Assembly (NCBI GenBank): GCA_013216195.1
Contig: JABSOQ010000005.1
Coordinates: forward strand, 1-58,644
Length of the DNA: 58,644 nt
Direction: 5' to 3'
Origin: Bdellovibrionales bacterium
GTDB taxonomy: Bacteria > Bdellovibrionota > Bdellovibrionia > Bdellovibrionales > UBA1609
Shown here one piece after another: positions 10,195 to 21,233 of this stretch (positions are counted from its first letter, which is position 1; every line of letters begins with the position of its first letter). A model generated the notes under the pieces. The model worked only from the letters and a program-made list of their open reading frames with translations. It was not told the DNA's origin and did not search any database. The translations under genes were made by a program, and so were the position numbers.

Positions 10195-11274
10195 TTACTG
10201 GCGAACTGTTCCTGCAGGATCTTCCGCTACAGCAGTCTGTGTTGTAGGTCTTTGCGGATTGTTTGGATCCCATCCCGGAGGTGGCCATCCCTCGATTTTC
10301 ATTCCGAGTGAAAGACCCATGTTAACCAAGATCTCTTTAATTTCATTCAATGATTTTCTACCGAAGTTCTTCGTTTTTAGCATTTCGGCTTCAGAACGAG
10401 TCACCAACTCACCAATGTAGCGGATGTTAGCATTCTTCAAGCAGTTTGCTGAACGAACAGACAACTCAAGATCATCAACTGAACGGAACAAGTTCTCGTT
10501 CAACTGAGGAGTAGAGCGTTCTTCTTCAACCTCTTCAGGCTCGATTGTTTCGTCAAAAGTTAGGAAGATCTGCAACTGCTCTTTAATGATCTTAGAACCA
10601 AGAGCAACAGCCTCTTCAGGCTTCAATGAGCCGTCAGTCCAAACTTCAAAAGAAAGCGCATCGTAGTCAGTTCTTTGACCAACACGAGCGTTTGAAACGT
10701 TGTAGTTCACTCTGCGGATTGGTGAATGAAGAGCATCTACAGCAATGAAACCGACTGCCAAATCTTTAGACCGGCCTTCAGCCTCGATGTAGCCTCTGCC
10801 AAACTCGACAATGATTTCAGCGTCAAATTTAGCATCTTTACCCAATGTCGCGATGTGCGCGTCAGGATTCAAGACTTCAATGCCGTCGGTTAGCTGAATG
10901 TCAGCAGCAGTAACAGCACCAGGGCCTTGTTTTGAAACTCGAAGAGTCTTTGGCTCCGGATCGTACTGTTTAAAGCGAACCTCTTTAAGGTTCAAAATGA
11001 TGTCAGTCACATCTTCAAGAATATCTGGAATCGTGCTGAACTCATGTAGCACGCCCTCAAGCTTTACCGCAGATACGGCAGAGCCCATCATTGAGCTAAG
11101 CAGAACTCTTCTCAATGAGTTACCCAAAGTCACGCCGTAGCCTCTCTCAAGAGGACGAATCGTGAATTTACCATATGTGTCAGTAAGTGAGTCTCTGTCT
11201 ACTTCAAATCCGCGAGGCTTAATTAGGTCTCTCCAGAATTTGTAGTAGTGCGGCTGTAATTGCATGTCAGACAT
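10195..11274 (-). CDS. rpoA: DNA-directed RNA polymerase subunit alpha
   Basis: NTD motif [18 protein letters not shown] and CTD motif [23 protein letters not shown]. 359 aa, with an extra Pro-rich tail [15 protein letters not shown]. Confidence 0.97.
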   Translation of the reverse strand: MSDMQLQPHYYKFWRDLIKPRGFEVDRDSLTDTYGKFTIRPLERGYGVTLGNSLRRVLLSSMMGSAVSAVKLEGVLHEFSTIPDILEDVTDIILNLKEVRFKQYDPEPKTLRVSKQGPGAVTAADIQLTDGIEVLNPDAHIATLGKDAKFDAEIIVEFGRGYIEAEGRSKDLAVGFIAVDALHSPIRRVNYNVSNARVGQRTDYDALSFEVWTDGSLKPEEAVALGSKIIKEQLQIFLTFDETIEPEEVEEERSTPQLNENLFRSVDDLELSVRSANCLKNANIRYIGELVTRSEAEMLKTKNFGRKSLNEIKEILVNMGLSLGMKIEGWPPPGWDPNNPQRPTTQTAVAEDPAGTVRQ

Positions 11275-11361
11275 CTATGTCTCCTAATTCGATCTTTTTA
11301 AAGTCTTTAAAATCCAATGTAAAAGTCTCTGCTAAAGACTTCTGCCTGCCAACCCCAAAAA

Positions 11362-11757
11362 TTAAATTCTACGTCTTTTTGGAGGACGGCAGCCATTGTG
11401 TGGGACAGGAGTCACATCTTTAAGCGAAGAAACTCTCAACCCAGCCGCTGCAAGTGCTCGAATAGCAGGCTCACGACCTGCACCAGGGCCCTTTAGAAAC
11501 ACATCAACTGATTTCATGCCTTGGTCCATAGCCTTCTTAGCAGCCTCTTCAGCAGCCATTTGAGCAGCGTAAGGTGTACCCTTTCTGCTGCCTTTAAAGC
11601 CCAGCTGACCAGCTGATGCCCAAGCCACTGCTCCACCCTGACCATCTGTCACAGTGATAATCGTGTTTCCAAAACCAGCAGAAACATAGCAGCGTCCTGA
11701 GGGGACATTCTTTTTGACTTTTTTCTTTGTAACCTTCTTTTTTCCAGCCATCGTCAA
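11362..11757 (-). CDS. rpsK: 30S ribosomal protein S11
   Basis: [21 protein letters not shown] ... [13 protein letters not shown], in the conserved position. Confidence 0.95.
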   Translation of the reverse strand: MTMAGKKKVTKKKVKKNVPSGRCYVSAGFGNTIITVTDGQGGAVAWASAGQLGFKGSRKGTPYAAQMAAEEAAKKAMDQGMKSVDVFLKGPGAGREPAIRALAAAGLRVSSLKDVTPVPHNGCRPPKRRRI

Positions 11758-11764
11758 TTACCCC

Positions 11765-12139
11765 TTAAACAGCTTTTTTCTTGTTCGCGACAGTTTTCTT
11801 CGGACCTTTACGAGTTCTTGCGTTCTGCCGAGTACTCTGTCCTCTTACGGGCAATCCAGATCTGTGTCTGAGGCCTCTGTAGCAACCCAAATCCATCAAA
11901 CGCTTGATAGATAGGCCTACTTCTCTTCTCAAATCACCTTCAATTTTGAAGTTATCATCTAGAATAGATCTCAATTTTGCGATCTGCTCATCAGTTAGAT
12001 CGTCAGTTCTAAGCTTTGTATCGAAAGAACCGAGCTCCATAACTCTTTTAGCGTTAGCTCTACCGATTCCGTAGATGTATGTCAGAGCTACTTCTAGTCT
12101 TTTGTTTCTTGGCAAATCAACGCCACCAACTCTGGCCAT
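11765..12139 (-). CDS. rpsM: 30S ribosomal protein S13
   Basis: [26 protein letters not shown], with a basic C-terminus. Confidence 0.95.
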   Translation of the reverse strand: MARVGGVDLPRNKRLEVALTYIYGIGRANAKRVMELGSFDTKLRTDDLTDEQIAKLRSILDDNFKIEGDLRREVGLSIKRLMDLGCYRGLRHRSGLPVRGQSTRQNARTRKGPKKTVANKKKAV

Positions 12140-12142
12140 GGA

Positions 12143-12256
12143 TTACCCCTGTCTCTGTTTGTGCTTAGGGTTGATACAAATCACGCGAATCACACCTTTG
12201 CGCTTGATGATTTTGCAGTCTTTGCAGATCTTTTTGATCGATGCTCTTACTTTCAT
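12143..12256 (-). CDS. rpmJ: 50S ribosomal protein L36
   Basis: Too short for the ORF track. My minus-strand translation is [37 protein letters not shown] (37 aa plus stop). It ends 3 nt before the rpsM start. Confidence 0.9.
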   Translation of the reverse strand: MKVRASIKKICKDCKIIKRKGVIRVICINPKHKQRQG

Positions 12257-12476
12257 TTTTCGCCTCTTTACGCATGCCTTTTATGGCAAAATTCTTAATA
12301 ATATCAAACACATAAACGCCAAAACACTCTCTAATTGACTCTGCAAAAATGATTTTCCCAAGTATTTTCGGTGGCTTACGCCATCATTTTGCTACAAAGC
12401 ACTTTTCGCGAAGGGAGACGCTAACACCCCTACTGCGCCAAGTAAAGCGTTTATCTATGTAATTCAAAACCAAAAA

Positions 12477-13118
12477 TTACGAGCCTAAAATCGCTTCGAT
12501 TCGACCGAAAACCTCTTCCGGCTCGCCTGTTCCATCAATGGATTTCAACACGCCTTTGCTCTCATAATAATCCTTGAGAGGCGCTGTACTTTTTTCATAA
12601 GCCTCGAGTCGATTCGAGATGACCTCTTCGCTGTCATCTTTTCTCTGGATCAACTCTTCTCCGGTTACATCACAAATGCCCTCTTGCTTAGGGGGATTAA
12701 ATGTAACGTGGTAAACGTGCTTTCCGTCTGCCGTCATTCTTCGACCACTTAGTCTTTCAACCAACATCTCAGAAGGCACCTCAACGAAAATTGCATGATC
12801 AATTTTAAGGCTCATTTTAGTCAAAAGCTCATCAAAAGCCTCTGCCTGAGGAACTGTTCTCGGAAAGCCATCAAAAATAACCGAGGCTCCCTTTAGAGAC
12901 TCTAGCTCAGACTCAACCATTCCGACGGTCACCGAATCTGGCACTAAATCGCCAGCATCCATGAAACTCTTGGCTTTAAGGCCAAGCTCAGTTTCATTCT
13001 TGATGTTCGCTCTAAAAAGGTTGCCGGTTGAGATATGGGCCATGCTGCGCTTTTCAATAAGAAAAGCTGATTGAGTGCCCTTACCTGCTCCGGGAGGTCC
13101 AAAAAGAAGTAAGATCAA
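12477..13118 (-). CDS. adk: Adenylate kinase
   Basis: P-loop LFGPPGAGKGTQ. 213 aa. Overlaps the secY stop by 4 nt. Confidence 0.95.
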   Translation of the reverse strand: MILLLFGPPGAGKGTQSAFLIEKRSMAHISTGNLFRANIKNETELGLKAKSFMDAGDLVPDSVTVGMVESELESLKGASVIFDGFPRTVPQAEAFDELLTKMSLKIDHAIFVEVPSEMLVERLSGRRMTADGKHVYHVTFNPPKQEGICDVTGEELIQRKDDSEEVISNRLEAYEKSTAPLKDYYESKGVLKSIDGTGEPEEVFGRIEAILGS

Positions 13119-14449
13119 AACTGCACCCTCGCTGCTCTCATCTTCTTACCACCTTTTTTGATCACACCTTCGTACTTGGCATTGATCATGTGAGACTGAA
13201 TCTGTTGGCTCGTATCAAGAGCCACACCTACCAAGATCAGTAGGCTTGTTCCACCAAAGTAAAACGGCACTTTGGCGAAATCGATAAGCAGAGTCGGAAA
13301 GATACAAACTGCACTCAAATAAACAGAACCCGAAACCGTCAGACGATCTAAAACTCTCTTCAGATACTCAGCTGTGCTTCGACCGGCTCTAATCCCTGGC
13401 ACAAAAGCTCCACCCTTTTTCAGGTTGTCAGCCACTTCGTTCGGGTTGAACACGATCTCTGTGTAGAAGAAACAAAAGAAAATGATCAAACCAACAAACA
13501 GCACATTGTAGATGGCACCAGCTGGAGTCAGAGACTGCTGAAGGTTCTGCATCCACGGCGTGTTAATAAACTGGGTCATAGTTGCAGGAAACATCAAAAG
13601 AGAAGATGCAAAAATCGGCGGAATCACACCAGAGAAGTTCACCTTGAGTGGCAAATGGCTCTGTGCTTTTTGAGCTTGCCCTTGCCCCTGAGCCTGCCTT
13701 TGAGCGTACTGAATGGTTATTCTTCTTTGCCCAACTTCAACAAAAATCACAGCGGCAACAACGGCCACCATTAGAAGAACCAGGCCCAAGGCAGCTACCA
13801 TCGACATTTCGCCGTTTTCAATCATTGAGAACATTTGCATTGTACCGGTTGGAATACCAGCAGCAATACCAGCAAAGATGATCAAACTTGCACCGTTACC
13901 AACTCCACGCTCAGTGATTTGCTCGCCTAACCACATGATGAAGCAAGTACCGGCAGTAAGCGTAATGATTGTGAAAACTTCGAAAGGCATAAAACCGAAG
14001 TAAGGCGTGTTTACCAAGGGGGCGCCTTGAGGGCTTGTAGAACCAGCTAGCCAACTCGACATCGCGTAACCTTGAATCACTGCCAAAACCACAGTTGCAT
14101 ACCGAGTGTACTGGTTGATCTTCTTGCGGCCTTGCTCGCCTTCTTTTTTCAACTGTTCTAGATAAGGAACCCCAGCCTGCAACAGCTGGAAAATGATCGA
14201 AGCCGAAATGTAGGGCATGATGCCTAAGGCGAAAATAGAGAAGCGCTCAAGTGCTCCTCCAGTAAATGTATTGAATAGCCCAAAAATTCCACCACTTTGC
14301 GCTTCGAAGAATGAAAGCACCGCAGCGCCATCAACTCCAGGAGTTGGAACGTGCACCCCAATTCGGTACACAGCCAACATAGCCAATGTGAATAGAATAC
14401 GACGTTTTAACTCAGCTGGAAGCGCTATCCCTGCCTGATTAGCTGCCAC
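13115..14449 (-). CDS. secY: Preprotein translocase subunit SecY
   Basis: 444-aa polytopic protein in the canonical position between rplO and adk, with ...IFALGIMPYISASIIFQLL... Confidence 0.97.
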   Translation of the reverse strand: MAANQAGIALPAELKRRILFTLAMLAVYRIGVHVPTPGVDGAAVLSFFEAQSGGIFGLFNTFTGGALERFSIFALGIMPYISASIIFQLLQAGVPYLEQLKKEGEQGRKKINQYTRYATVVLAVIQGYAMSSWLAGSTSPQGAPLVNTPYFGFMPFEVFTIITLTAGTCFIMWLGEQITERGVGNGASLIIFAGIAAGIPTGTMQMFSMIENGEMSMVAALGLVLLMVAVVAAVIFVEVGQRRITIQYAQRQAQGQGQAQKAQSHLPLKVNFSGVIPPIFASSLLMFPATMTQFINTPWMQNLQQSLTPAGAIYNVLFVGLIIFFCFFYTEIVFNPNEVADNLKKGGAFVPGIRAGRSTAEYLKRVLDRLTVSGSVYLSAVCIFPTLLIDFAKVPFYFGGTSLLILVGVALDTSQQIQSHMINAKYEGVIKKGGKKMRAARVQF

Positions 14450-14460
14450 AAAGACCTACC

Positions 14461-14943
14461 TTAATTTTGTTTTTCTGTTGCTGCTTCTGTCTTCTTTTTC
14501 TTAGCTGAAACTAACTCTAAGCTGCCACCGGCTTTTTCAATCGCTGCTTTAGCCGACTCGCTTGCTTTATGAGCTTTGACAGTCAGAGACTTACTCAATT
14601 CGCCTCTTCCCAAAATCTTAACGAGATCGTTTTTACCAACTCGGCCAGCGCTCACAAGAGTCTCAGGAGTCACTTCTCCGTCGTACTTCTCAAGGTCAGA
14701 CAAGTTGATAACTGCGTAACGAGTTCTGAACTTTGCGTTGGTGAAACCAAATTTCGGGTTTCTTCTAGCAAGTGGCATTTGACCACCCTCAAAACCCCAA
14801 CGAATCGAACCACCAGAACGAGCCTTTTGACCTTTGTGACCTTTTCCCGATGTGCCACCCAGGCCAGAACCGTCACCGCGACCCAAAGTCTTTCTTTTTT
14901 GTCGCGAACCTTTTTTAGGTTTTAATGTTGCCATCTTGCTCAT
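14461..14943 (-). CDS. rplO: 50S ribosomal protein L15
   Basis: [25 protein letters not shown]. 160 aa, with a Lys-rich tail. Confidence 0.93.
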   Translation of the reverse strand: MSKMATLKPKKGSRQKRKTLGRGDGSGLGGTSGKGHKGQKARSGGSIRWGFEGGQMPLARRNPKFGFTNAKFRTRYAVINLSDLEKYDGEVTPETLVSAGRVGKNDLVKILGRGELSKSLTVKAHKASESAKAAIEKAGGSLELVSAKKKKTEAATEKQN

Positions 14944-14944
14944 T

Positions 14945-15130
14945 TTACTTCTCCGGAGTCACTTCGAGTAGGTGTTGAACCTTCATGATTTGCCCACGCA
15001 TTGCTGGGTTATCAGGAACAACATTCACTGAGTTTACTTTTCTTAGACCCAAACAACGAACAGTGTCCTTTTGCGTTTGAGTGCTACCAATCGTGCTTCT
15101 CTTTAATCTGACTTTGAAAGCTTTTGCCAT
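14945..15130 (-). CDS. rpmD: 50S ribosomal protein L30
   Basis: 61 aa, [26 protein letters not shown], between rpsE and rplO. Confidence 0.9.
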   Translation of the reverse strand: MAKAFKVRLKRSTIGSTQTQKDTVRCLGLRKVNSVNVVPDNPAMRGQIMKVQHLLEVTPEK

Positions 15131-15151
15131 CTTCTACCTCAATCCGTTGTT

Positions 15152-15622
15152 CTAATCTGAAGAGCCGGCTTTCTCAGGCATTTTGCTCATCAACTGCTCT
15201 AGGCCATCAAATGTGGCGCGAACAGCGTTGTGAGGGTTACGAGTTCCCACACACTTGGTCAAAATGTCTTTGATACCAACAGTTTCCAATACCGCTCGAA
15301 CAGGGCCGCCGGCAATAACACCAGTACCTGCGGCAGCTGGAATCAAGATCACACGAGCAGCTCCAAAAGTACCAATCACTTCGTGAGGGATCGTGCGTCC
15401 TTCTTTAAGATTCATTTTCTTCAATGACTTCTTAGCAATGCGGCTTGCTTTCCCAATTGCCTCGGGAACTTCACCAGCTTTACCAGTACCAAAGCCAACA
15501 TCACCATCGCCTGAACCCGCTACTACGAGTGCTGAAAAAGAGAATCTACGTCCACCCTTTACAACCTTCGCAACTCGGTTAATCGCGACAACTCTTTCCT
15601 GAAAATCGCCTTGTACTTCCAC
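15152..15622 (-). CDS. rpsE: 30S ribosomal protein S5
   Basis: [39 protein letters not shown]. Confidence 0.95.
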   Translation of the reverse strand: MEVQGDFQERVVAINRVAKVVKGGRRFSFSALVVAGSGDGDVGFGTGKAGEVPEAIGKASRIAKKSLKKMNLKEGRTIPHEVIGTFGAARVILIPAAAGTGVIAGGPVRAVLETVGIKDILTKCVGTRNPHNAVRATFDGLEQLMSKMPEKAGSSD

Positions 15623-15635
15623 TCAATACACTCCC

Positions 15636-16007
15636 TTAGAAATCGAGTCCCGCTTCACGGGCTCCATCAGCTACAGCTTTAACTCGTCCGTGGTAAACAT
15701 AACCACTTCTGTCAAAAACCACTTTCTTAATGTTTTTCTCTAATGCTTTCTTGGCCAAATCAGCACCCACGGCCTTTGAAGCATCGATGTTCTTCTTACC
15801 TTGAGCTGCTGACTTTGTTGAAGATGCGGCAAGAGTCTTACCAGTGACATCATCAATGATCTGAGCATAAGTGTGAGAAGTGCTTCTGAATACGCAAAGA
15901 CGAGGACGTTCTGCAGAACCCTCTACAGATTTGCGAATGCGAGCTCTATTCTTGAGTCTCTTTGTCACTTTCGGCTTTGCTGATTTTTTAAACTTAACCT
16001 TAATCAC
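15636..16007 (-). CDS. rplR: 50S ribosomal protein L18
   Basis: [20 protein letters not shown] ... [19 protein letters not shown]. Confidence 0.93.
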   Translation of the reverse strand: MIKVKFKKSAKPKVTKRLKNRARIRKSVEGSAERPRLCVFRSTSHTYAQIIDDVTGKTLAASSTKSAAQGKKNIDASKAVGADLAKKALEKNIKKVVFDRSGYVYHGRVKAVADGAREAGLDF

Positions 16008-16017
16008 GTCTCACCTC

Positions 16018-16560
16018 TTACTTACCAGCCGACTTACCAGCTTTTCTACGGATGTACTCATCAGAGTAGCGAATCCCTTTACCCAAGAAAGGCTCCGGCG
16101 GACGGAAACCACGAATTTTCGCAGCAACCTGACCAACTAACTCTTTATCTGCACCCGTAATATTAACAGTCGTTTGCTTCTCAACTTTCACTTCAAGACC
16201 ATCTGGGATCGGAAACACAACTGGGTGAGAGTACCCAATATTGAGCTCCAAGTTTTTACCTGAAACAGCCGCTCTGTAACCAACACCGTTCAGGATCAAT
16301 GACTTTGACCAACCCTTCGAAACGCCAGTTACAGCATTCTGAATCAATGATCTGTAAAGACCATGAAACGAACGGTTCTTAGGCTCATCGTTCTCACGCT
16401 TCAAATGAACCTGACCATCCTCGAGCTTCGCAGATATTGAAGGCTGCATAGGAATGACCATCTCTTTGTTGCCAGACTTTATAGATACAACATTGTCGGC
16501 GCCAATTTTAACTTCCACTTTATCGGGAACTACAATTGGTGCTCTACCGATCCTAGACAT
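16018..16560 (-). CDS. rplF: 50S ribosomal protein L6
   Basis: MSRIGRAPIVVPDKVEV. 180 aa. Confidence 0.95.
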   Translation of the reverse strand: MSRIGRAPIVVPDKVEVKIGADNVVSIKSGNKEMVIPMQPSISAKLEDGQVHLKRENDEPKNRSFHGLYRSLIQNAVTGVSKGWSKSLILNGVGYRAAVSGKNLELNIGYSHPVVFPIPDGLEVKVEKQTTVNITGADKELVGQVAAKIRGFRPPEPFLGKGIRYSDEYIRRKAGKSAGK

Positions 16561-16570
16561 ATCTTACTCC

Positions 16571-16960
16571 CTACCAAATCTTACAAAGGATCTCGCCGCC
16601 AACTTTCTGCTCTTTAGCAGCGTCACCGCTCATGATTCCTTTGTTCGTGCTCATGATTGAAATACCAAAACCGTTTCGGATCGAAGGAATGCTATCTGAC
16701 TTCGTATAGATTCTTCGACTTGGACGGCTTACTCTTTGTACATTCGTGATAGCGGGAGTGCCCTTCTCGTTGTACTTCAAGTACACACGCATAACACCCT
16801 GTTTGCCATCTCTCGCAACCTTAAAACTACGAATATAGCCGTAATCCTGAAGGACTTGAGCAATACCTTTGCGAACATTAGAAGCTGGAATATCCACTTT
16901 CTCATGCTTCGCCATTCCTGCATTTCTTACTCTTGTGAGAAAATCTCCGATAGTATCCAT
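16571..16960 (-). CDS. rpsH: 30S ribosomal protein S8
   Basis: MDTIGDFLTRVRNAGMAKHEKV. 129 aa. Confidence 0.95.
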   Translation of the reverse strand: MDTIGDFLTRVRNAGMAKHEKVDIPASNVRKGIAQVLQDYGYIRSFKVARDGKQGVMRVYLKYNEKGTPAITNVQRVSRPSRRIYTKSDSIPSIRNGFGISIMSTNKGIMSGDAAKEQKVGGEILCKIW

Positions 16961-16975
16961 TTTTAGCTCAACTCC

Positions 16976-17518
16976 CTATTTCTTCCTGAAAGGCATGCCC
17001 ATTTGCTCTAGCAACGCCTTTCCTTCCGCATCCGTTTTTGCTGAAGTACAAATCGTAATGTTCATCCCTCTAATTGTGTCCACTTTATCGTAGTCAATCT
17101 CAGGGAAAATGATCTGCTCTTTGAGACCCATGTTGTAGTTACCACGGCCATCAAAACCCTTTGGAGATAGACCTCTAAAGTCACGAACCCGTGGCAATGA
17201 GATGTGGATCAATCTCTCGATAAACGCCCACATTTTGTCTCTTCTCAAAGTTACAGTTGCTCCCAAAGGCATGCCCTCTCTCAACTTAAAGTTTGAGATC
17301 GCTTTCTTAGCCTTTGTCTGAACTGCCTTTTGGCCAGTAATTGTCGTCAAATCTTCAACAACGTTGTTCAAAACCTTAGGGTTCTTAACAGCTTCGCTAA
17401 CGGCGGTGTTCAAGACAATCTTTGTGATTGTCGGGACATCCATTACGTTCTTGATACCAAGCTCTTTTTGCAAAGCAGGCATCATCTCTTTTTTGTATTG
17501 TTCCTGTATCTGAATCAC
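16976..17518 (-). CDS. rplE: 50S ribosomal protein L5
   Basis: GTG start at 17518 preceded by GGAGA. ...[11 protein letters not shown]...PEIDYDKVD... 180 aa. Confidence 0.95.
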   Translation of the reverse strand: MIQIQEQYKKEMMPALQKELGIKNVMDVPTITKIVLNTAVSEAVKNPKVLNNVVEDLTTITGQKAVQTKAKKAISNFKLREGMPLGATVTLRRDKMWAFIERLIHISLPRVRDFRGLSPKGFDGRGNYNMGLKEQIIFPEIDYDKVDTIRGMNITICTSAKTDAEGKALLEQMGMPFRKK

Positions 17519-17534
17519 ATCTATCTCCAGGTTC

Positions 17535-17903
17535 CTACAAAACTTCCGGAGCTAGAGAAACGATCTTTGTAAAAGACTTTCCTCGAAGCTCTCTGGCCAC
17601 TGGTCCGAAAATACGGGTACCAACAGGCTCTTTGTTTTGGTTAATCAATACGGCCGAATTCTCATCAAATCGAATGTAACTGCCATCTGGTCGTCTAAGC
17701 TTGTGAACAGTTCTCACGATCACAGCTTTGGCTTTGTCGCCCTTCTTCACCTTTGACTTAGGCATGGCCTCTTTCACAGAAACCATGATGATGTCTCCAA
17801 CTGAAGCAACACGACGTTTTGAACCACCCAAGACTTTGATACACTGAACTTCTTTGGCGCCTGAGTTATCAGCCACTTTCATTCTACTTTGCATCTGAAT
17901 CAT
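17535..17903 (-). CDS. rplN: 50S ribosomal protein L14
   Basis: [27 protein letters not shown]. 122 aa. Confidence 0.96.
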   Translation of the reverse strand: MIQMQSRMKVADNSGAKEVQCIKVLGGSKRRVASVGDIIMVSVKEAMPKSKVKKGDKAKAVIVRTVHKLRRPDGSYIRFDENSAVLINQNKEPVGTRIFGPVARELRGKSFTKIVSLAPEVL

Positions 17904-18205
17904 GACTTAGATACCTCCCTATCAACCAAGCCACCTTTTTCCATGACTTCGGCCAACTTCCAACGCTTCGTCTTACTCATTGGGCGAGTTTCGTGAATAC
18001 GCACTTTATCGCCAATCTTGGCTTCATTCTTTTCATCATGAGCCTTAAACACTGACGTCTTACGAATGTATTTGTTGTAGCGTGCGTGCTTCACCAAACG
18101 GTAAATCTTCACTGAAATTGTTTTGTCCATTTTGTCGCTGATCACTGTGCCAACGGCATCGTTGATACGACCTCTGGAGTTTTGCTGTACTTGTTCTGTT
18201 GTCAT
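17900..18205 (-). CDS. rpsQ: 30S ribosomal protein S17
   Basis: [40 protein letters not shown]. 4-nt overlaps at both ends. Confidence 0.93.
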   Translation of the reverse strand: MTTEQVQQNSRGRINDAVGTVISDKMDKTISVKIYRLVKHARYNKYIRKTSVFKAHDEKNEAKIGDKVRIHETRPMSKTKRWKLAEVMEKGGLVDREVSKS

Positions 18206-18408
18206 TTTTGACCTCTTGAACTTTTCACTTTCGAACTTAAGGCTGTCTTCATTCTTGCAATCGACTTTCTCTTAAACGTAATTTCGCTAGGAGAAGCCAA
18301 TTGACCCAAAGAGTGCTTCATCTGCATGTCGAAGAGCTCTTCTCTTGCGTTGAGAACTCTTTTTCTCAACTCTGCCACTGTTAAATCTCTGATTTCTTCA
18401 AACTTCAT
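18202..18408 (-). CDS. rpmC: 50S ribosomal protein L29
   Basis: 68 aa, MKFEEIRDLTVAELRKRVLNAREELFDMQMK. Confidence 0.9.
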   Translation of the reverse strand: MKFEEIRDLTVAELRKRVLNAREELFDMQMKHSLGQLASPSEITFKRKSIARMKTALSSKVKSSRGQK

Positions 18409-18409
18409 C

Positions 18410-18817
18410 TTAATCCCTCACAATGATCTTTGTTTTGAGGGGCAACTTGTGTGAAGCCAATCGAAATGCCTCTTTGGCCTGCTCCAGAGTCACACCATTC
18501 ATTTCATAAATAATACGTCCCGGCTCGACTTTAGCTGCCCAGTACTCAGGACTTCCCTTACCTTTACCCATTCGAGTTTCAGCAGGCTTCTTTGTTACTG
18601 GAGTCTGAGGAAACACTCTGATCCAGAGCTTTCCGCCCCTTTTCACTGAACGAGAAATCGAAATACGACCAGCCTCTAATTGGCGAGCGGTCAATCGACC
18701 AGCTTCAGTAACCATCAAGGCATAATCACCAAAAGACAGTGAGTTTCCACGAGTAGCGAATCCCGCGTAGTGACCTCTATGCTGTCTTCTCCACTTGACT
18801 CTCTTAGGACTTAACAC
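18410..18817 (-). CDS. rplP: 50S ribosomal protein L16
   Basis: Canonical N-terminus (M)[14 protein letters not shown] from GTG at 18817, 6 nt after GAGGAGG. The track ORF extends to 18832. Overlaps the rpsC end by 14 nt. Confidence 0.95.
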   Translation of the reverse strand: MLSPKRVKWRRQHRGHYAGFATRGNSLSFGDYALMVTEAGRLTARQLEAGRISISRSVKRGGKLWIRVFPQTPVTKKPAETRMGKGKGSPEYWAAKVEPGRIIYEMNGVTLEQAKEAFRLASHKLPLKTKIIVRD

Positions 18818-19469
18818 GACCTGCCTCCTCAACTTCTTTCGCAGTCATCACGTCGCCACGGTAAATCCATACCTTCAGGCCGATGATTCCGTATGTTGTC
18901 AATGCTTCTGCTGTTCCATAATCAATGTCAGCTCTCAAAGTGTGAAGAGGTACAGACTTCTCGTTGTACCACTCTTCTCTAGCGATCTCAGCACCATCAA
19001 GTCGACCTGCGACCTTGATTTTAATACCGCGAACACCACTTCTTACTGCCGCTGCCATCGCTTTCTTGAGTGCACGCCTCCAAGAGATACGCTTTTCAAG
19101 CTTGAGAGCGATGTCTTCAGCTACAAGCTGAGCATCCAAGTCAGGCTTTCTAACCTCTTGAATGTTCACATAGACTTCGTTCTTAGTCTGCGACTGGATG
19201 TCAGCCAAAAGCTGATCACGGCTTGAGCCTTTTTTACCAATCACAACACCAGGGCGAGAAGTGTGGATGATCACTTTGATTTTGTTCGCAGCTCGCTCCA
19301 TCTCGATCTTAGAAACACCTGCGTGCTTCAATTTTTTCTTGATGTACTTGCGAAGGCGAAGGTCTTCATGAAGGTTCTCAATGTAGTTTTCACCACGAGC
19401 GTACCAACGCGAATCCCATGTTCTGATCACTCCGACTCTTAAACCAATTGGATTAACTTTTTGTCCCAC
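18804..19469 (-). CDS. rpsC: 30S ribosomal protein S3
   Basis: [24 protein letters not shown]. 221 aa. Confidence 0.96.
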   Translation of the reverse strand: MGQKVNPIGLRVGVIRTWDSRWYARGENYIENLHEDLRLRKYIKKKLKHAGVSKIEMERAANKIKVIIHTSRPGVVIGKKGSSRDQLLADIQSQTKNEVYVNIQEVRKPDLDAQLVAEDIALKLEKRISWRRALKKAMAAAVRSGVRGIKIKVAGRLDGAEIAREEWYNEKSVPLHTLRADIDYGTAEALTTYGIIGLKVWIYRGDVMTAKEVEEAGRVKS

Positions 19470-19487
19470 TAAACTACCCTTTTCCTA

Positions 19488-19820
19488 TTACTTTTCGTCC
19501 AAAATGAGGTTGATATGGCTCAGCTTCTTTCTCACAGGAAAGGCGCGACCTTGTGCTCTTGGTCTAAAACGCTTCATATCAGGCCCTTTATCTACAGAAA
19601 TATGCTTCACATAAAGGTTATCGAGATCGATAACTTTTTTCTGCTCAGCATTTGCAACTGCAGACTCAACAAGTTTCTTAACCATTTCAGCACTCTTCTC
19701 TTTACGAAAAGTGAGTGTGCGGATGGCATCGTTCACATCCATTCCACGAACAAGATCGGCAACCAATCTTGCCTTCTGTGCTCCAACACGTGCGTATCTA
19801 AGCTTTGCTTTCACTTCCAT
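19488..19820 (-). CDS. rplV: 50S ribosomal protein L22
   Basis: MEVKAKLRYARVGAQKARLVADLVRG. Confidence 0.94.
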   Translation of the reverse strand: MEVKAKLRYARVGAQKARLVADLVRGMDVNDAIRTLTFRKEKSAEMVKKLVESAVANAEQKKVIDLDNLYVKHISVDKGPDMKRFRPRAQGRAFPVRKKLSHINLILDEK

Positions 19821-19833
19821 GACTCAAACCACC

Positions 19834-20103
19834 TTACTTCTTCTTCTTATCGCCGTGACCGGAGTAAGCTCTAGTTGGAGCGAACTCACCCAGCTTGTGA
19901 CCGATCATATTCTCAGAGACAAATACCGGCATAAATTTACGACCGTTATGAACAGCGAAAGTTAGCCCAACAGCATCTGGGCTAATCACAGAACGTCGCG
20001 ACCACGTTTTAATCACTTTCTTATCACCAGTCTCTTTAGCCTTATCAATTTTGGCTAGAAGATGATGATCAATGAATGGACCTTTTTTAATAGACCTTGC
20101 CAC
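19834..20103 (-). CDS. rpsS: 30S ribosomal protein S19
   Basis: [16 protein letters not shown] ... [11 protein letters not shown]. Confidence 0.95.
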   Translation of the reverse strand: MARSIKKGPFIDHHLLAKIDKAKETGDKKVIKTWSRRSVISPDAVGLTFAVHNGRKFMPVFVSENMIGHKLGEFAPTRAYSGHGDKKKK

Positions 20104-20114
20104 AACTGCTCCTC

Positions 20115-20951
20115 TTACTTTCTACTCTTACGTTTAGGACGACGACGAACGATCATAGAATCTGTTCTTTTGCTATTTCTTGTTTTGTGCCCTTTGCACG
20201 GCTTACCCCAAGGAGTTGTCGGATGGTTACCCTTACCAACACCTTCACCACCACCCATTGGGTGATCGATTGGGTTCATAGCCATACCGCGAACTGTTGG
20301 ACGTCGACCCTTCCAACGAGTTTTACCAGCTTTACCAATGCGAATGTTTTCGTGATCTGTGTTACCAACTTGGCCAATTGTGGCTCTGCAGTTAGCTAGG
20401 ATCTTTCTGTTTTCACCTGAAGGAAGCTTTACCTGACAGTACTGACCAAGCTTCGCAACCAAAGTGGCTTCAGCACCAGCTCCGCGAGCAATCTGACCAC
20501 CTTTGCCAGGGCGCATTTCAATATTGTGAATGCTAGTGCCCACCGGAATCTTGTTGAGAGGCAGACTGTTGCCCGGCTTGATATCTGCTGTGTCTGACGA
20601 GATGACCTGATCACCAACATTCAGCCCTACTGGGGCGATGATGTAAGCCTTCTCACCGTCTGTGTAATGCAAAAGCGCAATACGGCAAGATCTGTTTGGA
20701 TCATATTCAATTGCCGCAACTTTAGCGGGCATATCAAACTTGAATCGCTTGAAGTCGATCACACGATACTTACGCTTGTGACCACCACCATGGTGACGAA
20801 TTGTAATTCGACCGTGGTTACCGCGAGCCGCTTTCTTTTTAAGGGGCTCTACAAGAGATCTCTCTGGGGTTGTCTTGGTGATTTCCTTGAAATCAAAACC
20901 AGTCATTTTACGACGGCCAGGACTTCTCGGCTTGAATATCTTAATGCCCAT
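20115..20951 (-). CDS. rplB: 50S ribosomal protein L2
   Basis: [17 protein letters not shown] ... [13 protein letters not shown]. 278 aa. Confidence 0.97.
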   Translation of the reverse strand: MGIKIFKPRSPGRRKMTGFDFKEITKTTPERSLVEPLKKKAARGNHGRITIRHHGGGHKRKYRVIDFKRFKFDMPAKVAAIEYDPNRSCRIALLHYTDGEKAYIIAPVGLNVGDQVISSDTADIKPGNSLPLNKIPVGTSIHNIEMRPGKGGQIARGAGAEATLVAKLGQYCQVKLPSGENRKILANCRATIGQVGNTDHENIRIGKAGKTRWKGRRPTVRGMAMNPIDHPMGGGEGVGKGNHPTTPWGKPCKGHKTRNSKRTDSMIVRRRPKRKSRK

Positions 20952-20953
20952 GC

Positions 20954-21232
20954 TTACGCTCCCTCAAAAAGGCTGATCTTTTCGCCCTCTTTTAGTTTCA
21001 CCATAGCTTTTTTCCAGTACTTAACTCGGCCAACTCCCAAGCGTGTACGCTTAGCTCGGCCCCTGCAAATGCTAGTGCGAACTGAATCAACTTTAACTCG
21101 AAAGTACTTTTCAACACTTGATTTGATCTCGGTCTTTGTAGCGGCTTTATCCACTTCAAAAACATAGACGCCGTCTTCGGCCATCATGCTATTTTTCTCA
21201 GTAATTAGAGGTTTCTTTAAAGTGTAGAACAT
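20954..21232 (-). CDS. rplW: 50S ribosomal protein L23
   Basis: Canonical start [15 protein letters not shown] at ATG 21232, 1 nt after the rplD stop. The track ORF extends to 21271. Confidence 0.9.
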   Translation of the reverse strand: MFYTLKKPLITEKNSMMAEDGVYVFEVDKAATKTEIKSSVEKYFRVKVDSVRTSICRGRAKRTRLGVGRVKYWKKAMVKLKEGEKISLFEGA

Positions 21233-21233
21233 C

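Noticed and set aside
12257-12476. Internal promoter between adk and rpmJ (for example TTGATA, 17 nt, ATAAAA on the minus strand)
   Set aside because: The -10 match is poor and several alternatives exist, so I could not support a specific call.
18795-19226. 143-aa plus-strand ORF, with similar plus-strand ORFs at 19515..19874, 20667..21167 and 14569..14925
   Set aside because: They are antisense shadows inside strongly supported ribosomal protein genes. They lack RBS context and recognisable motifs.
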